From Vulcanimicrobiota bacterium (GTDB lineage Bacteria; Vulcanimicrobiota; Xenobia; Xenobiales; JADMJV01): a stretch of DNA of 64,000 bases. The first letter of the stretch is position 1. The number at the start of each line of letters is the position of its first letter. A model generated the notes under the pieces. The model was not told the origin of the DNA. It saw only the letters and a list, made by a program, of their open reading frames with translations, and did no database searches. The stretch covers positions 439,659 through 503,658 of the forward strand of contig JBFWNU010000002.1 of NCBI GenBank assembly GCA_050250895.1, written 5' to 3'. Shown here one piece after another: positions 7,976 to 16,854 of the stretch. The translations under genes and the position numbers were made by a program.

Positions 7976-10900
7976 AGCCCGCTCGAGCAGACGTTCGGCC
8001 ACGGCTTTGGTCGAGGCGGTCGGCTCCAGGCCGGTCGTCTCGGCCAACTTGGCCCGAAAGGCCTCGTACTCCCGCAGCGCGGCGGCTCGATCGCCGAGTT
8101 CGTCATAGCAGTGCAGCAGCTTGACGAAGATGCGCTCGTCGAGGCGATCCTCGGTGAGGAGATCGCGATAGCGACTGATGGCTTCGCTATACTTGCGTTC
8201 GCGCACGCTGTGGTCGGCCAGAAACTCGACCGCCAGGTCGTACTGATTGCGCAGGCTCATGCGGCGCTTGGTGATCCAGTCCTCGTAGAGTTCGTCGCAA
8301 AGAAACTCGTCCTGGTAGAGTGACTCGGCCCGCAGATAGCGAGCCACCGCCGTTTCGTGTTCGCCCTGGGCCAGGGCCGTACGAGCCTCCGAAATCAGGC
8401 GTTCGAACTCGGCCACGTCGAATTCAGCCCCCTGGTTGAGGCTCAGCTGATAAGAGTTACCCACCCGGTTCACCTGGGGGCCTCGACTCTTCTCGAGTTC
8501 GAGGGCCTTTCGCAACAAAGAAATGTGCGAGGCCAGGTTGTGCTTGGCTTTCTCGAGGGGGGCGTCGGGCCAGAAGATCTCGATGAACTGATCGAGCGGG
8601 GTGAGCCGATCGGAATAAGCCAAAAAGTACTTCAGCAAGCGAATGACCTGGGGACGAATCCTCTTGCCGGCCAAAAGCGAGCGACCGTTTTTCGTGATGG
8701 AAAGGCTGCCGAACGCCTGCACCACCAGCTTGGCCGGAGCGGCCGGATAGGCCTTGGGTGCTTCGCTGGCCGGCTCATCTTCGCTAGGCTCGCTCTGACT
8801 CAGTCCGCGGGCAACTGCCTGAGCCCAGCCTTTGTCCAGCTTTTCGCAGACGGCCAGGGTGCGCCGGCGCAGTTCGGGCTCGCCGTCGAGGCGAGAGATC
8901 AGTTCGTCGATCATGGCGTCGGTCTTGAGCGACATCACGTGGTGGACGAAATCGTCGTGGCTATGGCCGAGGAGCGCCTCGAGCAGTAACGGCAGCCCCA
9001 ATCCCAACGAGTCGGTGGCCCAATAGTCGTAGTAGCCGTTGGCTTCGGCCAGGTTTATGGCCAGATCCCGGTGCTCGGCCGAGCTTTCGCTCTGGCCATC
9101 GGCCCGGTAGATAGCGGCCATCAACTGGTGCACCCGCATCTGGTAGAACTTTGCTTGAGCTGTCTCGCACAGTTCGGCCAATTGCTGGCAGATGTCGAGG
9201 GCGCCGGGCAGGGAAGCGCTCCAGCGCAGATAGGCCACCGCCAACAACCCCTCGGGGGCGTACATGCCGTGACCGGTGATTTCCAGTGAGCGCATCAGCT
9301 CTTCAGCCAGCACCTGGGCCTGCTCGACGTTGCCCAGGCGCAGTTCGAGCAGCAACCGGTTGCGGTAGTGGAAGGCTTTGTACTGGGCGGGAATCTCTCC
9401 GCTTTCGACCGCCTCCATGGCTTTGCTCGAACGATGCAGGTCGCCGCGCTCGAGCAGGACCATGGCCTTGATGATCTCCAGGCCCTTGGTGACATAGACG
9501 TGGCCGGCTCGATGAGCCAGGCTCAGCGTGTCCTCCATCAATTCCCAGGCTTTGTCGAGCTTACCCTCGACGGTGTAGAGCACGGTCTTGTTCATCGAGA
9601 GCTGATAGACCACCAGCGACCAGCCGGCCTTGCTGAAGAAGTCGATGCCGTGATTGAGGGTCTTGTGGGCCTCTTGAAAGTTGCCCTGGGGAAAGTGATA
9701 GGCAAAGCCATAGGTCAGGCAGGCCCACGAGATGGCCCGGGGGTCGCCCGAACGCTGGGCCAGAGCCTCCCCCTCTTTCACCAGGGCGTACCCCTTTTGC
9801 CAGTCCTGACCCGAATAGACCAGCGACGAGCCCAACCATGAACTCAGCATCGAACGCAGGGCGATATCCTCTTCGCCGCAGGTGCGCAGGCCTTCTTCAC
9901 AGGTCTTCACCAGCATCTTCGTCTCGCCGTATTTGACGTAGCAGAGGCTGAGTTTCTCGAGGGTCGTTGCGCGACTCTCCCGGTCCCCCGCCCGGGTGTA
10001 GACGCTCAGGGCCCTCTGGTAGCCCTGGACGGCCTGAGCCCAGTCACCGCGAAGGTCGTGGACCTCGGCTTCGAGCACGATCAGGCCCGGGTGGTTGTTG
10101 CGCAGGCTGCCGGGCAGCGCGGCCAACCAGGCCGAGACCGTATCCTGCAAGCCCTGGCTTAACAGCTGCGTGCCGAACTTTTCGAGGTTGGCGGCCGCTT
10201 GTTCGAGATGGCCCGAGCGCACGAAATGACTCAGGGCCGCCACCACCTCGCCCCGCTCCTCGAACCATTGGGCGGCCTGCAGGTGCAGCCGACCCAGCTC
10301 GTCGGCGTTGTGGTCGATCGACAGCCGGCGCCGCAAAAAATCGCGAAAGAGGTGATGATAGCGAAACCACTCGCCCTCACCGTTGAGATGCACCAGAAAC
10401 AGTCGCGAGGAGTCCAGGTGCTGAATGCGCTCGATGGCGTTCTCGTTGGTGAGCAACGAGGCCAGCTCGGGACAGAATTGGTCCACGATGGAGGTGAATT
10501 TTAGGAAATTGCGGACGCCCTCTGGCTGGAGTTCGAAGACCTCGGTGGCCAGGTAGTTGTAGATGAACTGCTCTTTGCCTTCGAGCGACTCGAGATAGCT
10601 CTTCATCTCGGCCTCAGGCTTGCCTTCGATGGCCTGAGAGACGAGCTGCAGCCCGGTCACCCAACCCTCGGTCTTGGCTAGCAAGAGGCTCAGCAGATAG
10701 GGAGGGATGGAGCGTTGCCAGACCTGTTGGAAGAGCTCGGCCGCTTCTTCCTCATCGAAGCGAAGGTCGTCCTGGCGGATCTCGACTAGCATCCCTTTGG
10801 CTCGTAATAAGGCCAGTGGCAGGTCGGGAAGCTCGCGGGTCACCAAAACCAGCGAGAGATTGGGCGGTCCCTTCTTGACTAGAAAGTCGACCCAGCGGTG

Positions 10901-11338
10901 GATCAAGGGCACGTCGGAGAGCAGGTGATAGTCGTCGAGCACCATGACCACTCGTTTGCGGTAGTGGAGCACCTCGTTGACCAGGCTGGTGGCCAGTTCG
11001 TTGAACAAGGCTTCGAGCGGAACGTCCGACTCGAGCAGGTTCTCTGAGCGCGTCAGGCTACCCGGGTAGCTCGAGCTCAAGCAACGGAGAAAGTAGGGAA
11101 AAAAGAGGTGGGGATCCCGATCTTCTTCGGCCAGGCTATACCAGCCGACCCGCGCTTCTTGCTGGCGCACCCAGTCGTAGAGGAGACTGCTTTTTCCTGA
11201 ACCCGCGGCCCCGTGCACCAGCACCAGGCGGACCATGGAGATACGGTCCAGCTTCGACAGGAGTCGTTTGCGACTCAGAATCTGGGTGGATACAAAAGTG
11301 GGATGAAGCTTGGTTTCGAGATAACCCAGGGCTTTCAC
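7967..11338 (-). CDS. MalT-like STAND ATPase-TPR regulator with C-terminal wHTH + BTAD (SARP) module
   Basis: ETKLHP, GAAGSGKS, VLDDYH, TEGWVTGL, FRYHHLF; C-terminal FWPD...SLLRKAL, FDVAEF, LLTEDRLDE, GLEP; GTG start with SD AGAGAGG. Confidence 0.9.
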   Translation of the reverse strand: MKALGYLETKLHPTFVSTQILSRKRLLSKLDRISMVRLVLVHGAAGSGKSSLLYDWVRQQEARVGWYSLAEEDRDPHLFFPYFLRCLSSSYPGSLTRSENLLESDVPLEALFNELATSLVNEVLHYRKRVVMVLDDYHLLSDVPLIHRWVDFLVKKGPPNLSLVLVTRELPDLPLALLRAKGMLVEIRQDDLRFDEEEAAELFQQVWQRSIPPYLLSLLLAKTEGWVTGLQLVSQAIEGKPEAEMKSYLESLEGKEQFIYNYLATEVFELQPEGVRNFLKFTSIVDQFCPELASLLTNENAIERIQHLDSSRLFLVHLNGEGEWFRYHHLFRDFLRRRLSIDHNADELGRLHLQAAQWFEERGEVVAALSHFVRSGHLEQAAANLEKFGTQLLSQGLQDTVSAWLAALPGSLRNNHPGLIVLEAEVHDLRGDWAQAVQGYQRALSVYTRAGDRESRATTLEKLSLCYVKYGETKMLVKTCEEGLRTCGEEDIALRSMLSSWLGSSLVYSGQDWQKGYALVKEGEALAQRSGDPRAISWACLTYGFAYHFPQGNFQEAHKTLNHGIDFFSKAGWSLVVYQLSMNKTVLYTVEGKLDKAWELMEDTLSLAHRAGHVYVTKGLEIIKAMVLLERGDLHRSSKAMEAVESGEIPAQYKAFHYRNRLLLELRLGNVEQAQVLAEELMRSLEITGHGMYAPEGLLAVAYLRWSASLPGALDICQQLAELCETAQAKFYQMRVHQLMAAIYRADGQSESSAEHRDLAINLAEANGYYDYWATDSLGLGLPLLLEALLGHSHDDFVHHVMSLKTDAMIDELISRLDGEPELRRRTLAVCEKLDKGWAQAVARGLSQSEPSEDEPASEAPKAYPAAPAKLVVQAFGSLSITKNGRSLLAGKRIRPQVIRLLKYFLAYSDRLTPLDQFIEIFWPDAPLEKAKHNLASHISLLRKALELEKSRGPQVNRVGNSYQLSLNQGAEFDVAEFERLISEARTALAQGEHETAVARYLRAESLYQDEFLCDELYEDWITKRRMSLRNQYDLAVEFLADHSVRERKYSEAISRYRDLLTEDRLDERIFVKLLHCYDELGDRAAALREYEAFRAKLAETTGLEPTASTKAVAERLLERALN

Positions 11339-11541
11339 ACGTATTCCTCTCTGGTGTGGAGGGAACCACCCCCGAGCCAAGCGTCCGGTTCCCCAGTTTT
11401 CGAGTATATCACGAGTTCGTTTCTTTTCGCATTTGGGATTCGGTAAATTTTGCTTATGATAGAAATCTTGTCGTCAATGACTGAAAAATTCGGGGCGTGA
11501 GGCGGCTAGGAACCGGCCCGGCGGCAGAGAACAAACGTCCC

Positions 11542-12861
11542 ATGTTACACACCTCCTCACCCCGTCTCAGTCAGCATATGCAGGGTCGCAAGCCTTCGGC
11601 CATTCGCATCGCCGGTATTCGTTTCGACCAGCGCCAGGACGATACCCAGGCCCTCAACGTGGCCATCGGCAACGTTTCCCTTCCCATGCATCCGGCCATG
11701 CGGGCCCGTCTGGCCAGCCTCGGCGGCGCCTATAGCCCGTTCGCCGACGGCGTCGTCAAATACACCGGCACGGTCGGTACTCAGGCCGCTCGAGACGCCT
11801 TTCTCAACATCATTGCCTCGACCGGCAATCCCACCGAAGGTCTGCATTGCCAGATCACCGACGGCGGTAGCCAAGCCATGGAGTTGATCATCGTGGCCAC
11901 CTGCGGTCCTGCTGGCAGCGAGCAAACGCCCCTGTTGCTGATCGACGCCGCTTATACCAACTACAAGGCTTTCGCAAACCGTCTCGGTCGAGCTACCGTC
12001 TCGGTGTCGCGCGACTTGAGAGACGACGGCTTCTTCTCCCTTCCTTCCATGGAAGATATCGAGAAGACCATTGTCGAACACCGACCCGGTGCCCTTGTGG
12101 TTATTCCCTATGACAACCCCACCGGCGCGCTCTACAGCCACGAGGCCATGGTCGATCTGGCTCGCCTGTGCGTCAAGCACGACCTCTGGCTGATCAGCGA
12201 CGAAGCCTACCGCGAACTTTTCTACGAGGGCGAGGGCCCGGTCAGCGTGTGGGGCATCACCGAGGCCGAGGTGCCGGGCATCACCGGCCGCCGGGTCAGC
12301 ATCGAGACGGCCTCCAAGGTGTGGAACGCTTGTGGCCTGCGCATCGGCGCCCTGGTCACCGACAACCTCGAGTTCCACACCCAGTGCGTGGCCGAGAATA
12401 CTGCCAGTCTGTGCTCGAACACTCTGGGACAGTACATCTTCTCGGCCCTGGGGGAACTCGACCACGCAGAGCTGCGCCAGTGGTACGATCAGCAACGCTC
12501 CTATTACAAAGCGATGCTGACCACGTTTTCAGCCCGAATGAAAGAATTGCTGCCCGGCGTGATCGTGTCGCGTCCGGATGCCTCGATCTATTCGGTGATC
12601 GATGTGCGCAAACTGGCCAAGCCCGGATTTGATGCCCTGGAGTTCGTGCTGTGGTGCGCCAGCGAGGGAGCGGTCGAACGCGAAGATGGCAAGTGGACTC
12701 TGTTGACTGCACCGATGGCGGGCTTCTATAGTCCCGCTGTCGGAGCCAAGAACCCCGGCCTCACCCAGATGCGCGTGGCCTTCGTCGAACCCCCGGAGCG
12801 GATGCTGCTGGTGCCCGACCTTTTCGCCGCGCTGTTCACAGCCTACGAGGCCACTCGCTAA
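11542..12861 (+). CDS. PLP-dependent aminotransferase class I/II
   Basis: DNPTG, ISDEAY, SKVWNACGLRIG. Confidence 0.9.
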   Translation: MLHTSSPRLSQHMQGRKPSAIRIAGIRFDQRQDDTQALNVAIGNVSLPMHPAMRARLASLGGAYSPFADGVVKYTGTVGTQAARDAFLNIIASTGNPTEGLHCQITDGGSQAMELIIVATCGPAGSEQTPLLLIDAAYTNYKAFANRLGRATVSVSRDLRDDGFFSLPSMEDIEKTIVEHRPGALVVIPYDNPTGALYSHEAMVDLARLCVKHDLWLISDEAYRELFYEGEGPVSVWGITEAEVPGITGRRVSIETASKVWNACGLRIGALVTDNLEFHTQCVAENTASLCSNTLGQYIFSALGELDHAELRQWYDQQRSYYKAMLTTFSARMKELLPGVIVSRPDASIYSVIDVRKLAKPGFDALEFVLWCASEGAVEREDGKWTLLTAPMAGFYSPAVGAKNPGLTQMRVAFVEPPERMLLVPDLFAALFTAYEATR

Positions 12862-12970
12862 AAGGCCCGGCCGACCGAGGAGCGCGAACAGTGGGAGGGT
12901 GGAACGTAAAGTCGCTCGCCGGCCGGCCGGTGGGGTGCCATATCGTTTGGCACGATGACACCATAGCAAA

Positions 12971-13032
12971 ACTTTACCGACCGGTCAAGTATCGTTCTTG
13001 ACAGACGCCCTGCGGCGGCTTACCATCGGCCT
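12971..13032 (+). promoter_or_regulatory. Sigma70 promoter (leaderless) with upstream palindromic TetR operator
   Basis: TTGACA(12998)-N17-TACCAT(13021)-N6-ATG; ACTTTACCGACCGGTCAAGT at 12971-12990. Confidence 0.75.
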
Positions 13033-13644
13033 ATGGGCCGAACCAGCGATGCCAGAGACCGACTGCTCGATAGCGCTCTGGAATTGATCTCCTCTCGCAG
13101 CTACAACGATGTGGGCGTGCAGGAGTTGTGCCAGCATTCGGGAGTGAAGAAAGGTAGCTTTTATCACTTTTTCGAGTCCAAGCGCGAATTGGTGCTGGCG
13201 GCCCTTGACCGGCGGGCCGAAGAATATCGCGCCGATCTTAGCGCGCTCTTTTCTCGCCCCATTCCGCCCCTGGAAAAGGTGGCGGCGCTGTTCGACTCGG
13301 CCTGCGAAAGCAGTCGCCAGTGCAAGACTCAGCGCGGTTTGATGGTGGGGTGCTGCTTCGGCAACCTGGCCGTCGAGATGAGCACGCTGGACGAAACAAT
13401 TCGAGCCCGCCTGGAACAGATCTTTGAAGAGCGAGTGGGCTTTATCCAGAAGGCCCTCGAAGAAGCGATGGACCTGGGCCACCTGCCCCGCGGCGACGCC
13501 AACACCCTGGCCCGCAGCGTGATGGCTTTTCTCCAGGGGGCCACGGCCATTGCCAAGACCCGCAACGAGCCTGAACTGATCGGCCGGATGGCTCAGGCGG
13601 TGATGAACCTGTTTCGCGGTTGCCAGTCTCGCCTGGAGGGTTGA
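13033..13644 (+). CDS. TetR/AcrR regulator, NemR-like
   Basis: HTH GVKKGSFYHFFESKREL; GCCFGNLAVEMS. Confidence 0.9.
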   Translation: MGRTSDARDRLLDSALELISSRSYNDVGVQELCQHSGVKKGSFYHFFESKRELVLAALDRRAEEYRADLSALFSRPIPPLEKVAALFDSACESSRQCKTQRGLMVGCCFGNLAVEMSTLDETIRARLEQIFEERVGFIQKALEEAMDLGHLPRGDANTLARSVMAFLQGATAIAKTRNEPELIGRMAQAVMNLFRGCQSRLEG

Positions 13645-13669
13645 CACTCCGCACGCGGAACTCTGGCAG

Positions 13670-14002
13670 ATGCAAGACGCAACTGCCAAGATAATCGGCG
13701 CTCTCCAACAACTGTGCGAAATCGACGGACACACGTCGGTCGAAGAACAGGCCCTGCTCAAGAAGATCCTGCCTGAGGGTCCCCACCAGGATCCCCCCGA
13801 CTTAGACGATCTGGCCGCCAGTCTGGAAGACCCCCAAGAACGCCAGGACCTGATTCGCTTGATGCTGATGGTGTCGCTGGCCGACGGCTCGACCACCGCC
13901 CATGAGTATGACTACATCCGTGATGTGGCCATGCATCTAGGTCTGAGCGAAGAACTGCTCGAGGACCTGCGCCAGCACACCATGCTGGCCCTCGACCTCT
14001 AA
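13670..14002 (+). CDS. TerB-like protein
   Basis: EIDG...EE, VSLADG...EYDYI..VAMHLGL. Confidence 0.75.
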   Translation: MQDATAKIIGALQQLCEIDGHTSVEEQALLKKILPEGPHQDPPDLDDLAASLEDPQERQDLIRLMLMVSLADGSTTAHEYDYIRDVAMHLGLSEELLEDLRQHTMLALDL

Positions 14003-14058
14003 GCCGAGCCGAACATAGGTTCTCGAGGAAAATTCTAGCCGCCTTAGAACTTCCTTCA

Positions 14059-14664
14059 ATGGCCAAGCTTTACTTCCGTTATGGCGCCATGGGCAGCGCC
14101 AAGACTCTCAACCTGCTGGCGGTTCGGCACAATTACGAACAGCAGGGCAAGAAAGTGCTGGTGCTCAAGCCGGCCACCGACACGCGCTTCGGCGAGACGG
14201 TGATCCGCTCTCGGGCGGGTCTTGAGTACGCCGCCGACCTGGTGGTCGAGCCCGATACCGAGCTTGATTTCGAGCGTTTTCGGGGGGTCTCGTGTTTGCT
14301 GATCGACGAATGCCAGTTCTTGAGCCGCTCTCTGGTCAACCAGTTGCGCGAACTCACCCGCCAACTGGACATCCCCGTCATCGCCTACGGTCTGCGCACC
14401 GACTTCCGCTCTCATCTGTTCGAGGGCTCGGCTCGTTTGCTCGAACTGGCCGACGCCATCGAAGAGGTCAAGACGACCTGCAAGTTCTGCAACCGCAAGG
14501 CCGTCTTCAACCTGCGCCACGATGTTCACGGCCGGGCCCTGGTCGAAGGACCGTCGGTGTTATTGGGGGCAGAGGCGCTCTATTCTCCCACCTGTTACCC
14601 CTGCTATCACGAGCGCACCGAGGCTTCCTCGCTACCACGGCCAGAACCCATCCCTGGACTTTAG
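14059..14664 (+). CDS. tdk: Thymidine kinase
   Basis: YGAMGSAKT, IDECQF, YGLRTDF, CKFC...CYPC. Confidence 0.95.
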   Translation: MAKLYFRYGAMGSAKTLNLLAVRHNYEQQGKKVLVLKPATDTRFGETVIRSRAGLEYAADLVVEPDTELDFERFRGVSCLLIDECQFLSRSLVNQLRELTRQLDIPVIAYGLRTDFRSHLFEGSARLLELADAIEEVKTTCKFCNRKAVFNLRHDVHGRALVEGPSVLLGAEALYSPTCYPCYHERTEASSLPRPEPIPGL

Positions 14665-14707
14665 CCGCCACAGAGGGACGAGGGCAGGCGAGCACAAACC
14701 ATGCTAG

Positions 14708-15496
14708 GTGCTCAAGGACATCATCAGCGGTTTCGTCTCGCTGTTCAAGCCCAGTGCCGACCTCACCGAGGACCGGCGCAGGGTTATCCGGCTAAGATGT
14801 CGTTTTGCGGTTTATTGCATCGACATCAAGGAGATCAACACCGCCACCGTGATCGATATGGGTCTTCAGGGCTTGCGCTTGGAATGCTCCAAAGAGATCA
14901 AGCCCGGCACTCGGGTGAGCCTGGTTTATCGCGGCGCGGTGGGCGAGCGGCCCAAGGTCTCGGTGGCCCAACTCGAGAACGACCGCCAGGCGGCCATTGA
15001 AAGCGGCGTTCGCTGCAAGGTCAATTGGGTCAAGAAGACCAAATATTCCAAACGCTGCCAGATCGGCGTCACCTACGCCGACAGTCCCGAACGCATGAGC
15101 CGCTCCTGGGTCAAGAAGATCCTCAAAGAGATTGGTTTCGACGAAGAGAGCATCTTCCAGCGGCGTAAGATCGTCCGGGTGTTGTCGTCGATTCCTTGCC
15201 AGATCAAGGTCGAGCGGGGGAACTTTCGCGGCCGGGTCATCAACATGGGGGCGGGTGGGGCCCTCTATCAAGGCGATGACGGCCTCAACGAGGGCGAGTT
15301 CGTGGGTCTCAACGTCGGGCCTTATAAGGATTTCGAACACTTCAATTGCCGCGGAGAGGTGGTCACCTCACGCTATGACCCGGCCACCACCAGCTGGTTG
15401 TGCGGCATTCGCTTTCGCACCCTGGACACCAAACAGGTCGACCTGCTCGGCAAATACGTGGTCAATCTGCTTAAAGATCAGACGGCCAGTGGCTAG
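14708..15496 (+). CDS. Tandem PilZ-domain protein
   Basis: RRRVIR...DMGLQG and QRRKIVR...NMGAGG (RxxxR + D/NxSxxG-like, twice). Confidence 0.8.
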   Translation: MLKDIISGFVSLFKPSADLTEDRRRVIRLRCRFAVYCIDIKEINTATVIDMGLQGLRLECSKEIKPGTRVSLVYRGAVGERPKVSVAQLENDRQAAIESGVRCKVNWVKKTKYSKRCQIGVTYADSPERMSRSWVKKILKEIGFDEESIFQRRKIVRVLSSIPCQIKVERGNFRGRVINMGAGGALYQGDDGLNEGEFVGLNVGPYKDFEHFNCRGEVVTSRYDPATTSWLCGIRFRTLDTKQVDLLGKYVVNLLKDQTASG

Positions 15497-16850
15497 ATAG
15501 GTCAACGATCAAGGGCAGATGATCGCTGGCTTCGGCCGTCAAGCGGGTGCGAGGCACATCGATCCGCTCGACCGTGAGCGCGCCCTCGACGAAGATATAA
15601 TCGAGCAGACGCACGGGATAGCGCCCGAACCAGGTTTTCTTCGACTGGTCCGGCTGACTGTCGCGCAGCTTGCCACCGAGCAGGGCGTATTCGCGGGTGG
15701 CGGGTCCGGCGTTCATGTCGCCGCACACCACCACCGGCCCGTTGGCTGCGCCCACCCATTCCGGGCCCAGGAGGCACTCGATCTGTTGCAGGCGTTCGCT
15801 TCGCATCAGTCCGAGATGGGTGTTGAACAGCTGGATGCTGGTGCCCTCGAACTCGACCTCGACCCACATGGCTCCCCGCGGCTCTTTGTAGACCAGACCC
15901 CCGGGATGGGGGAGAGGACCGGCCTTCACCAGCCGCATGGGAATGCGACTGAGCACGGCGTTGCCGTATTCGCCTCCACCCGTCTCCATGGCCGCCTGGA
16001 AATGGAAATCCATCTCGAGCAGTTGGGCGAGCCGTTCGGCCTGGTCGTCGAAGCGGCTGCGCTTGCGTCCGCTATCGAGTTCTTGCAGAGCCACTACATG
16101 AGGAGCGTAGCGGGCGATGACCCGGGCGACCCGTTCGGGCGAGAGCCGTCCGTCCATGCCCACGCAACCGTGGACATTATAGGTCATGACCCTCAGGCGG
16201 CCAGGCTCGGCCGGTTGCGGCTCGACCCTCTCGATGACCTGGCGGCTGCGCACCTGCTGGCGGGCCAGATCGAGCAGAACGGCCGGGCTGTAGCCTCCAC
16301 TGGGCAGGCGTAGGGCGGCTGGCAACAAGGCCGCCGGACTGGGCGAGTCGGAGTACAGCCAGACGGAATACTCGCGCGTGACGGTGGCCTCGGCCATCAG
16401 ATAGACGCGGCGGGCGGCGGCCTGCTCGAGCCGCCGCACCCAGATGACCGGCTCGCCGCAACAGATGGCCATCTCGGCTTCCATGGCCCGGGTTTCACTG
16501 AGAATCCGATCCGGCCAGCTGACCTTCTCCTCGCCCAACCATTCTTTGACCAGCCCCCAGCCGACCCGAATCAGGGCCGGTAGATACCAGATCAGGATGG
16601 TGACCACCGGACGCGAGGCCTGGCGAGGCGGCGGCTCGGGGGGATCTTCCTCGCGTTCGAGGGGGCAGTGCCAGTATTCAGACTTTCGCAGCCGCCGCAC
16701 CAGCGGACCCTTTTCGAGCTGATCGACTTCGAGCAATACGATTCCAGGGCGGTCGAAGTCGCGACCACCTCCCAACCAGCGCCGGCCCCAGTTGCTTCGT
16801 GAAAAAGCTGCCTGCAGCTTGCGCAAAAGGCCTTCGAGTTCGGCTACCAT
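15471..16850 (-). CDS. Endonuclease/exonuclease/phosphatase (YbhP-like) with N-terminal extension
   Basis: MTYNVH, ALQE, GNAVLSR, NTHL, GDMN, SDHLP. Confidence 0.85.
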   Translation of the reverse strand: MVAELEGLLRKLQAAFSRSNWGRRWLGGGRDFDRPGIVLLEVDQLEKGPLVRRLRKSEYWHCPLEREEDPPEPPPRQASRPVVTILIWYLPALIRVGWGLVKEWLGEEKVSWPDRILSETRAMEAEMAICCGEPVIWVRRLEQAAARRVYLMAEATVTREYSVWLYSDSPSPAALLPAALRLPSGGYSPAVLLDLARQQVRSRQVIERVEPQPAEPGRLRVMTYNVHGCVGMDGRLSPERVARVIARYAPHVVALQELDSGRKRSRFDDQAERLAQLLEMDFHFQAAMETGGGEYGNAVLSRIPMRLVKAGPLPHPGGLVYKEPRGAMWVEVEFEGTSIQLFNTHLGLMRSERLQQIECLLGPEWVGAANGPVVVCGDMNAGPATREYALLGGKLRDSQPDQSKKTWFGRYPVRLLDYIFVEGALTVERIDVPRTRLTAEASDHLPLIVDLSSHWPSDL

Positions 16851-16854
16851 CGTA

